Positions 26,524 through 39,399 of a DNA stretch of 64,000 nucleotides are shown here, in pieces. The position numbers and the translations under genes were made by a program. The stretch is from the human T2T-CHM13v2.0 reference genome, Homo sapiens. Under the pieces are notes generated by a model. The model made no database searches. It was not told the DNA's origin and saw nothing but the letters and a program-made list of their open reading frames with translations. Location: assembly GCF_009914755.1 (NCBI RefSeq), contig NC_060939.1. One strand, written 5' to 3'. Numbering within the stretch: the stretch's first letter is position 1; each line of letters opens with the position of its first letter.

Positions 26524-26875
26524 GTTTGCTGAGAATGATGGTTTCCTGCTTCATCCATGTCCCTGCAAAGCACATGAACTCATCCTTTGTTATGGCTGCA
26601 TAATATTCCATGGTGTATGTGTGCCACATTTTCTTTATGCAGTCTATCATTGATGGTCATTTGGGTTGGTTCCAAGACTTTGCTATTGTGAACAGTGCCG
26701 CAATAAACATAAGTATGCATGTGTCTTTATAGTAGAATGATTTTTAATCCTTTGGGTATATACCCAGTAATGAGATTGCTGGGTCAAATGGTATTTCTGG
26801 TTCTAGATCCTTGAGGAATCTCTACACTGTCTTCCACAACAGTCGAACTAATTTACACTCCCACCAACAGTGTAA
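26524..26875 (-). mobile_element. L1PA (about PA6-8) ORF2-end segment, inverted part
   Basis: gtttgctgagaatgatggtttcc...atttacactcccaccaacagtgtaa is the reverse complement of the L1 ORF2 C-terminal region. Confidence 0.93.
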
Positions 26876-26877
26876 TG

Positions 26878-27064
26878 GAAAACCAAACACTGCACGTTCT
26901 CACTCATAAGTGGGAGTTGAATAATGAGAACGCATGGACACAGGAAGGGGAACATCACACACTGGGGCCTGTCATGGGGGTGGGGGGCTAGCGGAGGGAT
27001 AGCATTTGGAGAAATACCTAATGTAGATGATGGGTTGATGGGTGCAGCAAACCACCATGACACA
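26878..27064 (+). mobile_element. L1PA 3' UTR, forward part, 3'-truncated
   Basis: gaaaaccaaacactgcacgttctcactcataagtgggag...gggtgcagcaaaccaccatgacaca; terminal segment and poly(A) absent. Confidence 0.93.
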
Positions 27065-27065
27065 A

Positions 27066-27312
27066 GGATCACAAGGTCAGGAGATTGAGACCATCCTGGC
27101 TAACAAGGTGAAATCCCGTCTGTACTAAAAATACAAAAAATTAGCCAGGCATGGTGGCAGGTGCCTGTAGTCCTAGGTACTTGGGAGGGTGAGGCAGGAG
27201 AATGGGGTGAACCCAGGAGGCGGAGCTTGCAGTGAGCCGAGATCGCGCCGCTTCACTCCAGCCTGGGTGACAGAGCAAGACTCCATCTCAAAAAAAAAAA
27301 AAAAAAAAAAAA
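27066..27312 (+). mobile_element. 5'-truncated AluY-like element fused to L1
   Basis: Begins at ggatcacaaggtcaggagattgagaccatcctggctaac; gcggagcttgcag; A22 tail. Confidence 0.93.
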
Positions 27313-28379
27313 GTGTGATATATTAGAGCATATATGAATGCTGATGGTAATGATCCACTAAAGAGAAGATCAGGTTATCAGCTGGGAAAAAAAGGAGGTG
27401 GATAGTTGGAGGTACAGGAAGAAAGCAGTAGACAGTCACTGTGATGGTGAGTGAGAGATCACTTTGGTCTCTAGGTGTTAAATCATTGTTTGAGGCTGGT
27501 GACCATTAATTACCTATGATCTCAATCTGCTCTGTTAGGAAATTTTCGTCCAGCAGATCTCAGTTTCACCAACGCTGGCCCAGAGACAACGCTTTTGTTG
27601 GATGCATCATTGGAATTTGCAAGGTGAATGTAATGGAAGAAGAAAGGGCCCAGGGAATTGAGGGCATATACAAAAGATTCATTATAAATAGGGGCTGTGG
27701 AACATGATCTATTGAAAGGAGAAGTGAATTCCTGAGGGGCTTGGTAGATAGAAATGAAGTGATAAGGATAACAGATTGCACTCCTCTGTGAGGTCAAAGG
27801 ATTGTTACAGTGAGAGTGCTCCAGAAGGATGCAAAGGTGATAAGAAAGTAGGATCTTTGAAAGAATGAATTTGCTTGTGGTGTAGTTTTTGGTGGTGAAC
27901 TCTGTTGGTATTTCAGTTCTCTAAATTTCTACAAATTCAGTTCTATGGTGTGATAGGGCTATGAAGGGATAACATGCATTTTGTGCCTCTACCTTTTTCC
28001 TGTTTGTCAATGGTATCCCTTTTAAATGGGCTTGAGTTGCCACATTACTTGATTTTGGAAGGCATTGAGAATCCAATGTAGTGTTCTACGATTCTGGCAG
28101 CCCTACCTGTCCCCTTCTGCATTACCATGGGGCTTCAAGGACATACTAAGTTGAAGAAATCCTGATCCTGAAAAAAAAGTCTTTACTGCCTCACAGGAAT
28201 TTACGATGTCAATTTTAGTGATACATAAACAGGCATCTTACATTCTCTATATACCAAAAGTATTGACGGGTATGTAACTATCTCCTGTGGGCTTTTTTTT
28301 CCCCTTCTGAGCCTTTGTATACACCTGTGACTGATGTAACATTCTTATATTATCTCATATTCTTCCTTCAAAGAGTGTT

Positions 28380-28665
28380 CAAACATTATCTTCTATGTGA
28401 TATCTAACTTGACCATTTCTGACCTTCTTTTCAGTCCTGTCAGTTCATCCATCCTCTGGGCCCAAATGAAATTGTATACTTTATTTTTTGTTTTACTCTA
28501 TTATAATTATTTGCATGACTGTCTCTTTACTTGACTGTGTTTTTTTGAAGCCAGAGAACATGTTTGTTCATCTTTGTATTCTTAATGCCAGCCCAATTGC
28601 TGGCATATTTTAAGTGTTAAGCAAATATTTGTTTAAAAAATTAAGATAGGAACGAATGAATTCTA
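28380..28665 (+). mobile_element. L2 3' end
   Basis: gactgtctctttacttgactgtg...tgttcatctttgtattc...gcaaatatttgttt...gaatgaat. Confidence 0.65.
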
Positions 28666-31600
28666 TTTACCTTTTAATAAATCATGCACCAATCAGTAGC
28701 AACCATCATGCTATTAAATGGCATAAGCAATTATAAGTTTGTTTACTGAATCTTACGTTATTGGCTATCAGAAAAAAAGTGCCACCAAACACATTTTTAT
28801 AATGAAGTAGATCTATAATCTGGCTTTTGTAACTCCTGAACTGTTGTGGATTGCATGTGGCTTAGGAGTTGGAGAGAAAGGGGAGGCAATGTAGTACTTC
28901 CCAATTTATGAGGGGACCTAGGAGCAGAGATTAAAATGCAGAATGGCAATCAGATTAAAAGGGTTGATGAGATCCTGAAAACATCCTTCAGGCCACAGGG
29001 GAGCCCAGGGGAGAAATCTTGGGAGAACTGCAGGCCATTGAGGGGAGGGGAAAACTAGGCCTCCCACCACTAAATAATAAGAGATGAAATGAAACCACTT
29101 ATCTGATTTTAGAATTTTATCTGGACATGGAAACCTTCCAATTATTTATTTATACATAATGATATCAAGCTCTATCTACTGCCACTCCAAAGAGAACTCT
29201 TAAATAATCAAATAAAATGTTAAGATTTTCTATCCAAAGTATTCAAAGGAAGGAAGAAAAAAAAAAAACACACAGGGTTTTGAAGTACTCTTTTTCTGAT
29301 AACAATTTAAATGGAACAACAAGAGTTATTAGTGATTTTATTTTATTTGATATAGAAAAGGCTCACTTTTTACTTCACATATTTATATACATTAAATCAA
29401 TATATTTTTGGTTTTATTCAAGCTTAAGTAGAAACACTTCTTTTCACCCTTTATGTTGTATAAAATAAGATATTTGCTAAATGACAAAATTCCTCAAAGA
29501 GTCAATTTTCACTCAAAGGCAGGGTTTAAATGTTTATATGTTCTTATTCATAATTTACAATAAAAACTCATTTTAAATCATTTTAACCACTTAGGTTTAG
29601 CATACATTGTAGATACTTGCATAAGATGTTTTCAATAATGCCACTATTATAGTAATACCAACTTTATTTTGACTTTAAAAATGTATTTCCTTGGTAACAT
29701 AGTAGCTTAAACTATTAAATCTGTTAACAGACTCAGGAGAATGATGGGGTAAGTGATGGATATTTTCCCACATATGGAAACTGAGGGAGCCAGTTTGAAT
29801 AATCAGAGGCCCTTGACAAAACTTGCAAAGTAAGTAACTAAATTTGGTTTTATAAGACACAAAGGCAAATTAATGATACAAATTAATGAGAACATATACA
29901 AAATTGATGATACAGATTTGGGTTCCCTAGTGCCCAAATAAGTCAATTTTTATTTATGTGTTTTTGTTTTTGAGAAGATACTAGGTTTGGATATAAAGGA
30001 ATGGGGCATCTGTGTGGTTTCAGAATATTAAAACAAAGGTTAGGTTTAAATAGGGAACAAGAGAGGAAATAAAAGAGAAAGACAAAAGGACATGAGAAAT
30101 GTATGTTGGGGGAAGAAAAAAGAAGGAAGAGTACAAGGGAAAAATCTGTACAGAGTTGGAATTTCTAGGGTTCTAACCATCACATCCACAACCAGCATGG
30201 CCCCTGTTCACATGGCCCCATTTTAGATGGAAGGCAAATAGAACATCTCCTACTGACCATAAAATGAGCACATTCAGAATCTGTTTATCTTGCATGTCAC
30301 CGAAGAACGACAGTATCTATCTATATAGACAGAACCCAGGAGTTACATGAGATGGGAGCTGACGTGAACATTAGCCAAGTATTCCAGGCTGAGAGGCAGA
30401 AAGTAAACCTCAGATTTTGGTCTATGCATTGGAGGAGAAAGGAAAATAAAAGCAAAACCAAATACCTTGAATAGTCTCTCCTGATGCCTACATTTCCAAA
30501 AAGAATAGTTTGTTCTATTCTAGAGAATTAAATAGTCAACTTCCTAATTTCAAGTTGTCACTCCCTGAGCACTGATTTTTCTCCATATATGTGGAAATTC
30601 CTGTCCTTCTGTGACTGCCATGCCATTAGATTACACTGTTTTCTTTGCTTCATCGTTGCTGCTTCAGTCACCAAGGCACTGACCTTCACTCACTGAAGAA
30701 TTAAGACATCTCCTAGATTTTTTATATTAATTATATTAATCATCCTGAATGTTTTCCACATTCTTGTGGATAACACATCTAACACCCTCCTTAACTTCTT
30801 CTACTCCAATGCTCTTCAGCTTCCCTCCTCTTCATTCACTCAGTTTATGGTTAGAAGTGGTGTTCAACCAGTATATACTGCCTGTGCAAATAGTAAAGTA
30901 TGTTTGTGCTGGTTACTAAACACTTACACCTGGGTGCTCCCTCCCCCTGCATGAACCTTTGCTCCCTGGGAACCCCTCCAGCATTCTCCATACTCCAGCA
31001 ACGATAGGGTTGACTCCCGGTCCTGTGTAGAGGAGCACCAAGGCATGGCTTCAGTCCTGGGGCAGCAGTGTTTGAGCCATCTACACTACCCATTAAATGT
31101 TTTAATGTCAGCCCTGTCCACTGACACACAATATTTTATTGACGTGTGAGACCACTTCATGTTGGAAATTATATGCCCCTAATTTATACTCTAATCCCTC
31201 AATTCTGTCTACTGTTTTTCTTATTTTTTAAATCTTCTTGTTCTTCTGCCTTATTGAGCTCCATACTCCCTGGATCCCTGAATTTTCTGTCTATCAGCTT
31301 TTCTCTACCTTCACTTTCTTCTCTTCTAAATCTTGGTTTATTATTTTAACTTCATTCTCTCTAACATCATCCTGTCTTTTATTGCCTTGTCCTTCTACCA
31401 CGTCTGCTCTAGAAAATGTAACTAAATTAAACCCATTATCCATCTCTGATCTTACAACCACTCAAGCTTTAGAGAAAGCTAGGGAAAGTCAAGTAAGCAT
31501 ACAGACTATTATGTGTCTCATTGCTGCCTGGTGACTTTTACAAGTTGTTGGCCAACTCCCTTGTCCCTTATTACTTATTCCAAATTCTTAATTCTCTCCT

Positions 31601-31779
31601 CCAGTACCTGCCTCGCCTCCCAGTACATCCCCTTCACCTTCACCAGAGATTTTACTCCAATTTTGGAGAGGAACTTGATATTCTCTGGCAGGAATACACT
31701 CAGCTTTATGTTCTACCATGGCAGGCTAATGAAATTGGACCAATCTTTGATGTTTTTCCCTTCAGAGCCAAAGAAGTAG

Positions 31780-32325
<546 letters not shown>

Positions 32326-32769
32326 TAGTTATCCCCCAAGTTCCCATTTACTTTTACCTCCTGAGAAGAGTCTTCTTCCAAAATCGTTGAAGCCATGCTG
32401 GTTAACGTCACCAAAGTCTTTCCATTTTTCAAACACAATAGACATTTTTTGGCTTTTATTTTACCTCACCTTTCTAAAGCATATGACACTGTTAACAACT
32501 TTCCCATTCTTAAGCTATTCTACACACTTGACCTACAGTACTTCGGCTTTTCTTTCTTTCTGACCGCTCCTCAGCTTCACTGAGTTCATCTATCAGTGGA
32601 AGCATTTGCATTTCCCTGGATTCTATCAGTCCTGGTTTCTTCAAATGTTTCTCTCTCTCTCTGGATGACCTTATCTGTAATAAAGTTTTAACATTCATCT
32701 ACATGATATTTTCATCTGTCTTTGGAATACCTCCAGCTAGCTAATGACGATGATGTTAAAATTAATAGC

Positions 32770-32985
32770 AATCATGAATATTATTAACATTTTTAAAGCA
32801 CCTCCTTTCAAGCACTATGCTGAGTTTTTAACTTCTCTACTCACCAAAATTTCCGATTCCCCCTATTTTATATTTGAGTGGGGAAGCAACTTGCCTATGT
32901 CACACAGAAATTAAGTGGCAGAGTTAGGCTTTAAACTCAGCATATCTGACCCAAAGGCCATGCTTTAAGCCAGTTTACTAAACGT
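32770..32985 (-). mobile_element. MIR
   Basis: gcaacttgcctatgtcacacagaaattaagtggcagagttaggctttaaactcagcatatctgac. Confidence 0.75.
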
Positions 32986-33375
32986 TACGTGTCCAAAATG
33001 TAATTCCTATCCCCCAAATTATTCATCTTCCTATATAATCTGTTTCAACAAATATATAATTATCTACAGCAAAACCCAAAACAAAAAACTTGAAGTCATC
33101 TAAGATTCTTCCCTTCTCTAAGCAGTAAATCACCAAGTCCTGCTTGTTATATCTCTTCCCTTTTATTCTTGTCCCATGACTATTTCCTTAGTTCAGTGGC
33201 CCCATAATTTCTCTCCTGTCCCATTGAAAAAGCTTCTCAGTTTGATTATGCATCTCCTTCTCATCTTGGTACCTTCCAATTTATCCTCCAGCAGCTATTC
33301 ATCTTCTTATACCATATATCTGATTATATCCCTCCTCTGATAAATCCCTAATGACTGACTTCCCATATCCTGCAG

Positions 33376-33561
33376 CAGTCTTTCTCAAAGTGAGTTTTGT
33401 GTAGCACCTCCCATCAAAATCACCTAGAAAGCTTGTTAGCAGATGCTAAGGAACCACACCAGAAATTCTTAATTAGAATTAGTGGTAGCAGGACCTAGAC
33501 TCTGTATTGTTAACAAGCTCCCTATGTGATTCTTTTTCACACTAAAATTTGAGAGCTTCTG
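33376..33561. mobile_element. MER5A/B hAT-Charlie MITE
   Basis: TIR-like cagtctttctcaaa...tttgagagcttctg; aatcacctagaaagcttgtt; ttaacaagctccctatgtgattct. Confidence 0.8.
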
Positions 33562-35037
33562 GTCTCCAGATTAAGTGCAAACACTTCAGAATTGCTGATA
33601 AGCACCATCTGACTGGCTCTGGCTTATCTCCCTCCTTCCCCGCTTTTTTCCACTCCCCCAACTACACTCTGCTTTCCAATCACACCAAATTTTTGCAGAT
33701 GTCCCTAATACCAAGCTTTCTTAAGTGTCAGAGACTTTGCATGTGTTTCGTCTTTTACCTGGATGCCCTTACTCTATATCATCTAGCAAGTTGCTGAGTT
33801 GTTTATGTGAATATGTGTGTTGCATACTTTGAGTCCTCAGTAAACTGAAAATTTCTCCCAGGACAGTGCTAGCTACATAGTCATGGGATATCACCATTAA
33901 AAAAATACTACTCCTAGTTCAGGATGTGTGCAAAACCAAGGGATGCCTGAGAAAAATGTAATGAATGTGAACTTAGCATGTATTTCGTGTGGAGGTCCTA
34001 GAATCCCTTCAGTAATGTCTCTGTGGCTCATGAGTGATTATTTGGTTAACACTTCATATAAGCCTTTCAGTGGGCAATTTTACATTTGCTGGCATCTCTA
34101 CCAATGAGCACACAATGGAAATGACATTCCAAAAAGCTATTTTGGTCACCTACTGTAAGCTCTAATCAGATAAATGTTAGAAGGAGTAATTAAATTGAAG
34201 TCTCTATATGGTCTGTTTTAGGTAGGGAAGGGAGAGATGCACGTAGTCACGTCTACATGTTAGATGTTGAACTAAGCATCACCCTTCACAACAAATTTGT
34301 TTGTAAATTTATAATAATCCTCCCTTTATAGACAAGAGAACTGTACTCACAGATACCCAAGAGACTGGGGAAAGTCATCCAGCTAATAGGTGACAAATCT
34401 GAAATTTCAATGTAGGTGTCTTTATATCCTTTCATCTATTATACCTATGTTGTCTGATTTTGGAGTACATATGTATGGAGATTTTTGTCTTTATAAGCAA
34501 AAGTCACTTCAGACATTTCTTTTTCTGTGAAGAGTAGAAACATTTTATTGCATTTTTCCAATAAAAGACAATGTTACCCACTGCATAAATTAGTTTGTTT
34601 CTCTCACTATCCGAGTTTTAGAAAACAACATTAAGGAAAATGTGTTTTTAAATCTTCCTAGTGATCCTTTAGGCCTTCAATAGCACAGAGAAGAGTAATA
34701 CATCGCCTACCACTTAGTGGGGGAGTTATTTAATGCTAATATCTATTTGTCAGATGGGTCCCCTGACCAATGGTGATACAAGGGGAAAACAAAATCTGGG
34801 GGTTAAAAGCAAGGATTTCCCTAAACCCTTGCTTCCCCCTCCTTTCCACTACCCACTCTTTTCCCATGCCCCACTTCCAGGAAACTGGGACAGCTGGTTA
34901 TCCATCTCATTTCCCTAACAGTTGCATGCCGACTCTGTCACCAAGCTGTGCATTTGCTAGAACAGTCGCTTTTCTTCATAAGACTGATGAAAAGAAAGCA
35001 GAAGTACTATGCATTGTTTTTCTTAAGGTTCATCATG

Positions 35038-35038
<1 letters not shown>

Positions 35039-35076
<38 letters not shown>
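35039..35076. repeat. (TG)19 microsatellite
   Basis: Perfect dinucleotide run. Confidence 0.97.
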
Positions 35077-35080
<4 letters not shown>

Positions 35081-37794
35081 CTAAGTCGGGGGAAACTATT
35101 AGGAGACAGCCAGATTTCTTTAATGAGCCTAGAGGTAATGCAAAATTCATGTGCTTTCACCTGCAGCTGGGTAAAGCCTGGTGCACAAACAGAAAAGGGG
35201 GTGGCAGGAAGGGTCTGTTATTTATGATTTTGTTGAAACAGGTACCCTGGCTGCTACTGGGCATCCTGACCCACTTGTTCATTTTTTTAGGAAGAAGTAG
35301 ATACTTTCAGTGGGAGCGACTCAAGCATCAGATTTGCTCCTTGGAGCATTAATAAAAGGGCTCAGTTAGCTTCATCTCATTATTTTACTATGAGTATTGA
35401 CTTTGGCCTAGAGTCATGTATAGATAAAATGGTGCAAGGGCTTGTCCTAAGTGATTACTCAGAATTACAAATCATTTCACGTGTAACTGAATACTGCAGT
35501 CTAGCTGGCACCCTGCCCCTTGCTTCTCCCCCTCCCCTTTCTCTAATAGGAGCGCAAATCCAGCTTTGTCTGAAGAGGCAATTAATCTTATTCACTGAAA
35601 GCTGAATTTTAATTCAGCAGCATGTGGAGGACATATTTGCCTATCACACAGAATTAGTTTAACAGGGAATTTAGAAAAAAAATATTGGAGGTCTTGGCAT
35701 TCTTGGACAGGGAAAATATCTCATAGACATTCCTTTATTAGCCATCTACATACTTGCATATAAGCTTCTTTTTGTAAAAATAACTCTATTAGGGTAAACT
35801 GGATTTATTTTGTAAGTGGCTGATTACATTTTGTTTTATGTTGAAAACAAGATATGTGTGTTTTGGACAAAAATGAACATAAGGTAAGAAAGATAAATTT
35901 TAGTTTTCTAGTGATTCTAAAAGGCTATTATTTTTAAGGGCACAGCTTAGAGATGATCAGAAAAATAAAGGGACACATAAAAATCCTAGACAGCCCACAT
36001 ATATCCAAATCAAATCATAGAGAAGGGTAAGTGTTCAGGTACAAAGTTGACAGGTCTACCAGTTCTGCATTGCAGACTATCATGTGAAATCTGTTAGGCA
36101 AATACTATGTTTCCCTAGTGTTTCTGCTGTGCTGTATTTTAACAATTTTCCCCTGAGCAAGACCCCAGCGTTTTGTCTGAGGTTTGTTTCACATGTAGAC
36201 AAAGTGTAAAAAAAAAAAAAAAAAAAAACACTTCCTGAAGCAGTTTCTTAGTTCAAGAGATTTGGACAAGAATTTGATTTAATGCATGTCCATGCTTAGT
36301 TAGATATCAAATTCCCATAAGGTCAGAAAATACATTTCCTCCTGATTCATGCTTGTATTTAACACAGCACTCCTCAAATGCTACGTTATAGTACAGGCAG
36401 ATATCAAACCATGTAACTGTGTCCTTTCCAGTGACAGAGAGAATTTAATAAAAAACAAGAGTGCAGATGATCTTGTATGCCAAGTAATTATTAGTGCAGC
36501 ATAAATCTCAAGAGTTACTCTAAGAGAGTTAAAAGGTGCTATTAGCTTTTCTGTGGCTCCTTCTCCAGTCATGATTGCCTAATACTCCTGGAATTAACCC
36601 TCAAACATGATTGCTTCCTTTGCTTCTTCCAGGAATGCACGATTGAATACTTAATAATGAGATGAGGACACAGGGAACCATGGGATGTTTTTCAAAATTT
36701 GTCCCAACGTTCTGAGAGTCTTTTTGCTGTTTATAGGTGTGGAATGTGAGTGGGGGTGTGTGGGGGAATCTATCAGATTAAATGTGCCTAATGGTCACCA
36801 AATGTCATGGCGTAACAGTTTAAGCACAGGGCTATAAAGTCACAAAGCTTTATTGCCTTGTCAAACCATTTGCAGTGCTAAATCTGGCAATTATTATTAA
36901 AGGAAACAATTTAAAAATTCAAGTTTTCATATTATTACCAAGAAAAAAAATCACTGTGTTTAGTGTCGGTGCCCTAAAGATACATTTTTGGAGTCTCTGC
37001 GTAAACTTCACATTAACTATATAATATTTGCAATTTAAATTTCACAGAATTGGAATTTGGATATGTGAAAGCCCGGGAACACATATTTGCAAATACACAC
37101 TTGCAAATGTCCCAAGATATGAGTGAGGCATTGAAATGTATGGCAGTGTTCACCCATTATTTATTTACTTAATTTTTGTAAGCTCCACCACTATATGAGG
37201 TGCCTGTGTATATTTTGAGAGAAAATGGCTTTTGTGATTTGTTTGCCTATTTTATAGTCAGATTTTCAGTGCTGTTACCATTTGACCTGGAAAAAAAAAT
37301 CAAAGGTAAGGGGAAACAGATGAAAAGGCAGAGCTTTCAATGTTTTTTGTTGTTGTTGTTGCTTCTCAAAGCATGAGAAATGTTCTATCTCCATTCTTCT
37401 TCGCAGACATCACATTAAACACACACCATGTAGTGGAGATGCTGGATGATATTCAACCAGCTCCTCTCTCTCTCAGCTATTCAGGTTCATCAGTGTTGTC
37501 CTTTCTATTACAAAAGTGAAGAAGCCCTTCATCAGTACCTGAATTTGCATGGAGGGCAAGTTTGTCCTATAACCTAAGAATCCAGTTTTCCTTCAAAAGA
37601 TGTGAGATTCTGCTCAGAATTCTTGATGAGGCCCCAAATAAATAGGTATATTTTCATGTACAATTATTCTTTCCAAGCCTCTAAGATTTCGTCTGAATTG
37701 TCCTGATCATTCCCAGAGTCTGTCTATTGGTGGTCTGCTTGTCAAGGTAAAATTAATTGAGGTTTTTATGAATGCAAAATAAGGTCACCACAAT

Positions 37795-37965
37795 CATGGC
37801 TATGCTCCAAGCACAATCTTATGAGGCAGATCCTATTATATCCATTTAAAGCTGAGAAACAGAGGCCCTATTTTATGTATGTTATATAATGGGTTCAATA
37901 TAGAGGAGATATGATTTGAACAAAAACCTTTTGACTTCAGAGCCTATGCTTTAAACTACTTTGCC
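37795..37965 (-). mobile_element. MIR fragment
   Basis: cacaatcttatgaggcagatcctattatatccatttaaagctgagaaacagaggc. Confidence 0.65.
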
Positions 37966-38269
37966 ATTTTGCCTTTTTATATGCTACAAAGAAAAACCAT
38001 TTCCATGGTTTAAGAAATTAAAGTGACCAAAATGGAAAGCATAAAGAGAACTAAAGTCAGGAGAGGGATTTGTTTCCATGTCTTAAAATAAAAATCTCTA
38101 GATCTCATCTTTGTTATAGTAGATGTAACAAAGTAGCCTTCCTGTCAAGCAGTCCTAGGAGTACCTTTTCAGGGCCTAAGATTGGTATCGGCCTTTTGCA
38201 GAATCAAACCAGATTCCTGGGTTCACAGGTGTGGAGCAGGAAGTGCTTGTTAAATTTGTTTTGAGAAAT

Positions 38270-38772
38270 GTTAGGATGTTTTAGGTTGCAATTAATTAGA
38301 AGACTACAAATATCTCAAACAGTATGTGTTGTTTTAATTTTTTTGTGTGTCACATAATAAGAAGTTTGAAGGTCAGTATCTCAGGGTTGAATAATGCCGT
38401 ATTTCAACTGCATCGCCTAAGGTCTAAATTCTATTCCTTTTCCTGTTCTGCCATTCTCAACATGACAACTATTATTGTTGTTGGTCTTGAAAAGGCCACT
38501 CAGCTCCAGGTATCACATCTCCATATGCCAACACTAGAGACAGAAACTGCAACTGCTTTTATCTTGTGTATTTTTGCTAAATAAAAAAATCTTTCCTAGA
38601 AGTAATTGTCTCTAGAATATTTCTCCTCACATATCATATATTGTCATCCCAAACTTGATCACATGTTCATCCTGAGACCAACCACTGGTAAGGGGAATGG
38701 GAAAATGAGGCAAGGGCAGAGACATTATTTTCCCTAGAAAAATTGCTTGAAAAATAATGATGAACTTAGACA
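38270..38772 (-). mobile_element. MLT1J/K-like LTR carrying a 57-bp insertion
   Basis: ttctgccattctcaacatg, cagctccaggtatcacatc, ccaaccactggtaaggggaatgg...[insert]...gatgaacttagac. Confidence 0.6.
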
Positions 38773-39399
38773 CATTAATGATGATTTACCAGAGTCTGAT
38801 TGGCTGGGTAGGCCCCATAACAAAACCACATCTCTGCTATCACGGTACTCACAGGGAATGAGCTCCACTTGGTGTCCCACACACCATCCCAGTGCTGCAG
38901 AAACAGGAAGAAACAAAGCACATGGGAGGCAGGAGCAGAGCTCCTTTCCTTTTCCAGTGTCCCTCCAGCATCCTCTACTAACAAAGATTAACCTCATGCC
39001 CACTGGCAAGGAAGGAATGTTCCAGGATCACAAGCAGGCAATGAAGACTGGCTTCGGAGATGAAAGGCAATAAGTTGATAATTGGCACGGCTGGCTTGCC
39101 TGTCAAATCCTAACTCTTTAGTAAGAACCTTCTGAGATGCTGACAACATAAGCATCCAAGAAGGCTCTATGAAAAGAAAGCCTAACATACAAAAATTTAA
39201 CCAGAGAATTTATTTCAGATGTTATGTTGCGGGTACTGAGAGCAATAGCAATTTTTTGAACTCGAAGAAATAGATTACAAGCCACTATGGTATTTAGATA
39301 CATTTAGATAGTTTTTATTTAGAAAAAAAGAATATTAGATGAGAAAATGAGGCAAGGGCGGAGGAATTATTTTCCCTAGAAAAATTGCTTGAAAAATAA
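38701..39399 (+). repeat. 57-bp dispersed direct repeat (38701-38757 and 39343-39399)
   Basis: gaaaatgaggcaagggc(agagac/ggagga)attattttccctagaaaaattgcttgaaaaataa; 3 mismatches. Confidence 0.95.
38800..39050 (-). mobile_element. LTR41-like ERVL LTR fragment
   Basis: ccctccagcatcctctactaacaaagattaacctcatgcccactggcaagg. Confidence 0.5.

Larger units (their letters stand above)
24890..27900 (-). mobile_element. Fragmented L2 tract hosting MER94, an LTR16-like LTR, L1 and Alu
   Basis: tgtcctcatggagcctac, gaacttggtgatggattggat, aatgattcccaggtttcta, gagatgcctgacaagcttccaaatggagatgtca. Confidence 0.6.

Noticed and set aside
26975-27000. G-quadruplex-like G runs
   Set aside because: Ordinary G-rich tract of the L1 3' UTR
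30850-31116. Possible hAT-Tip100-type MITE ending aatgtcagccctg
   Set aside because: Could not match both termini or name a family with confidence
34770-35352. Overlapping ORFs with CVCVCV runs
   Set aside because: Translation of the (TG)n microsatellite; same for 48726-48911 and 16136-16318
36202-36233. A21 run flanked by 6-bp inverted repeat aagtgt/acactt
   Set aside because: Arms too short to exceed chance; no TSD or element body
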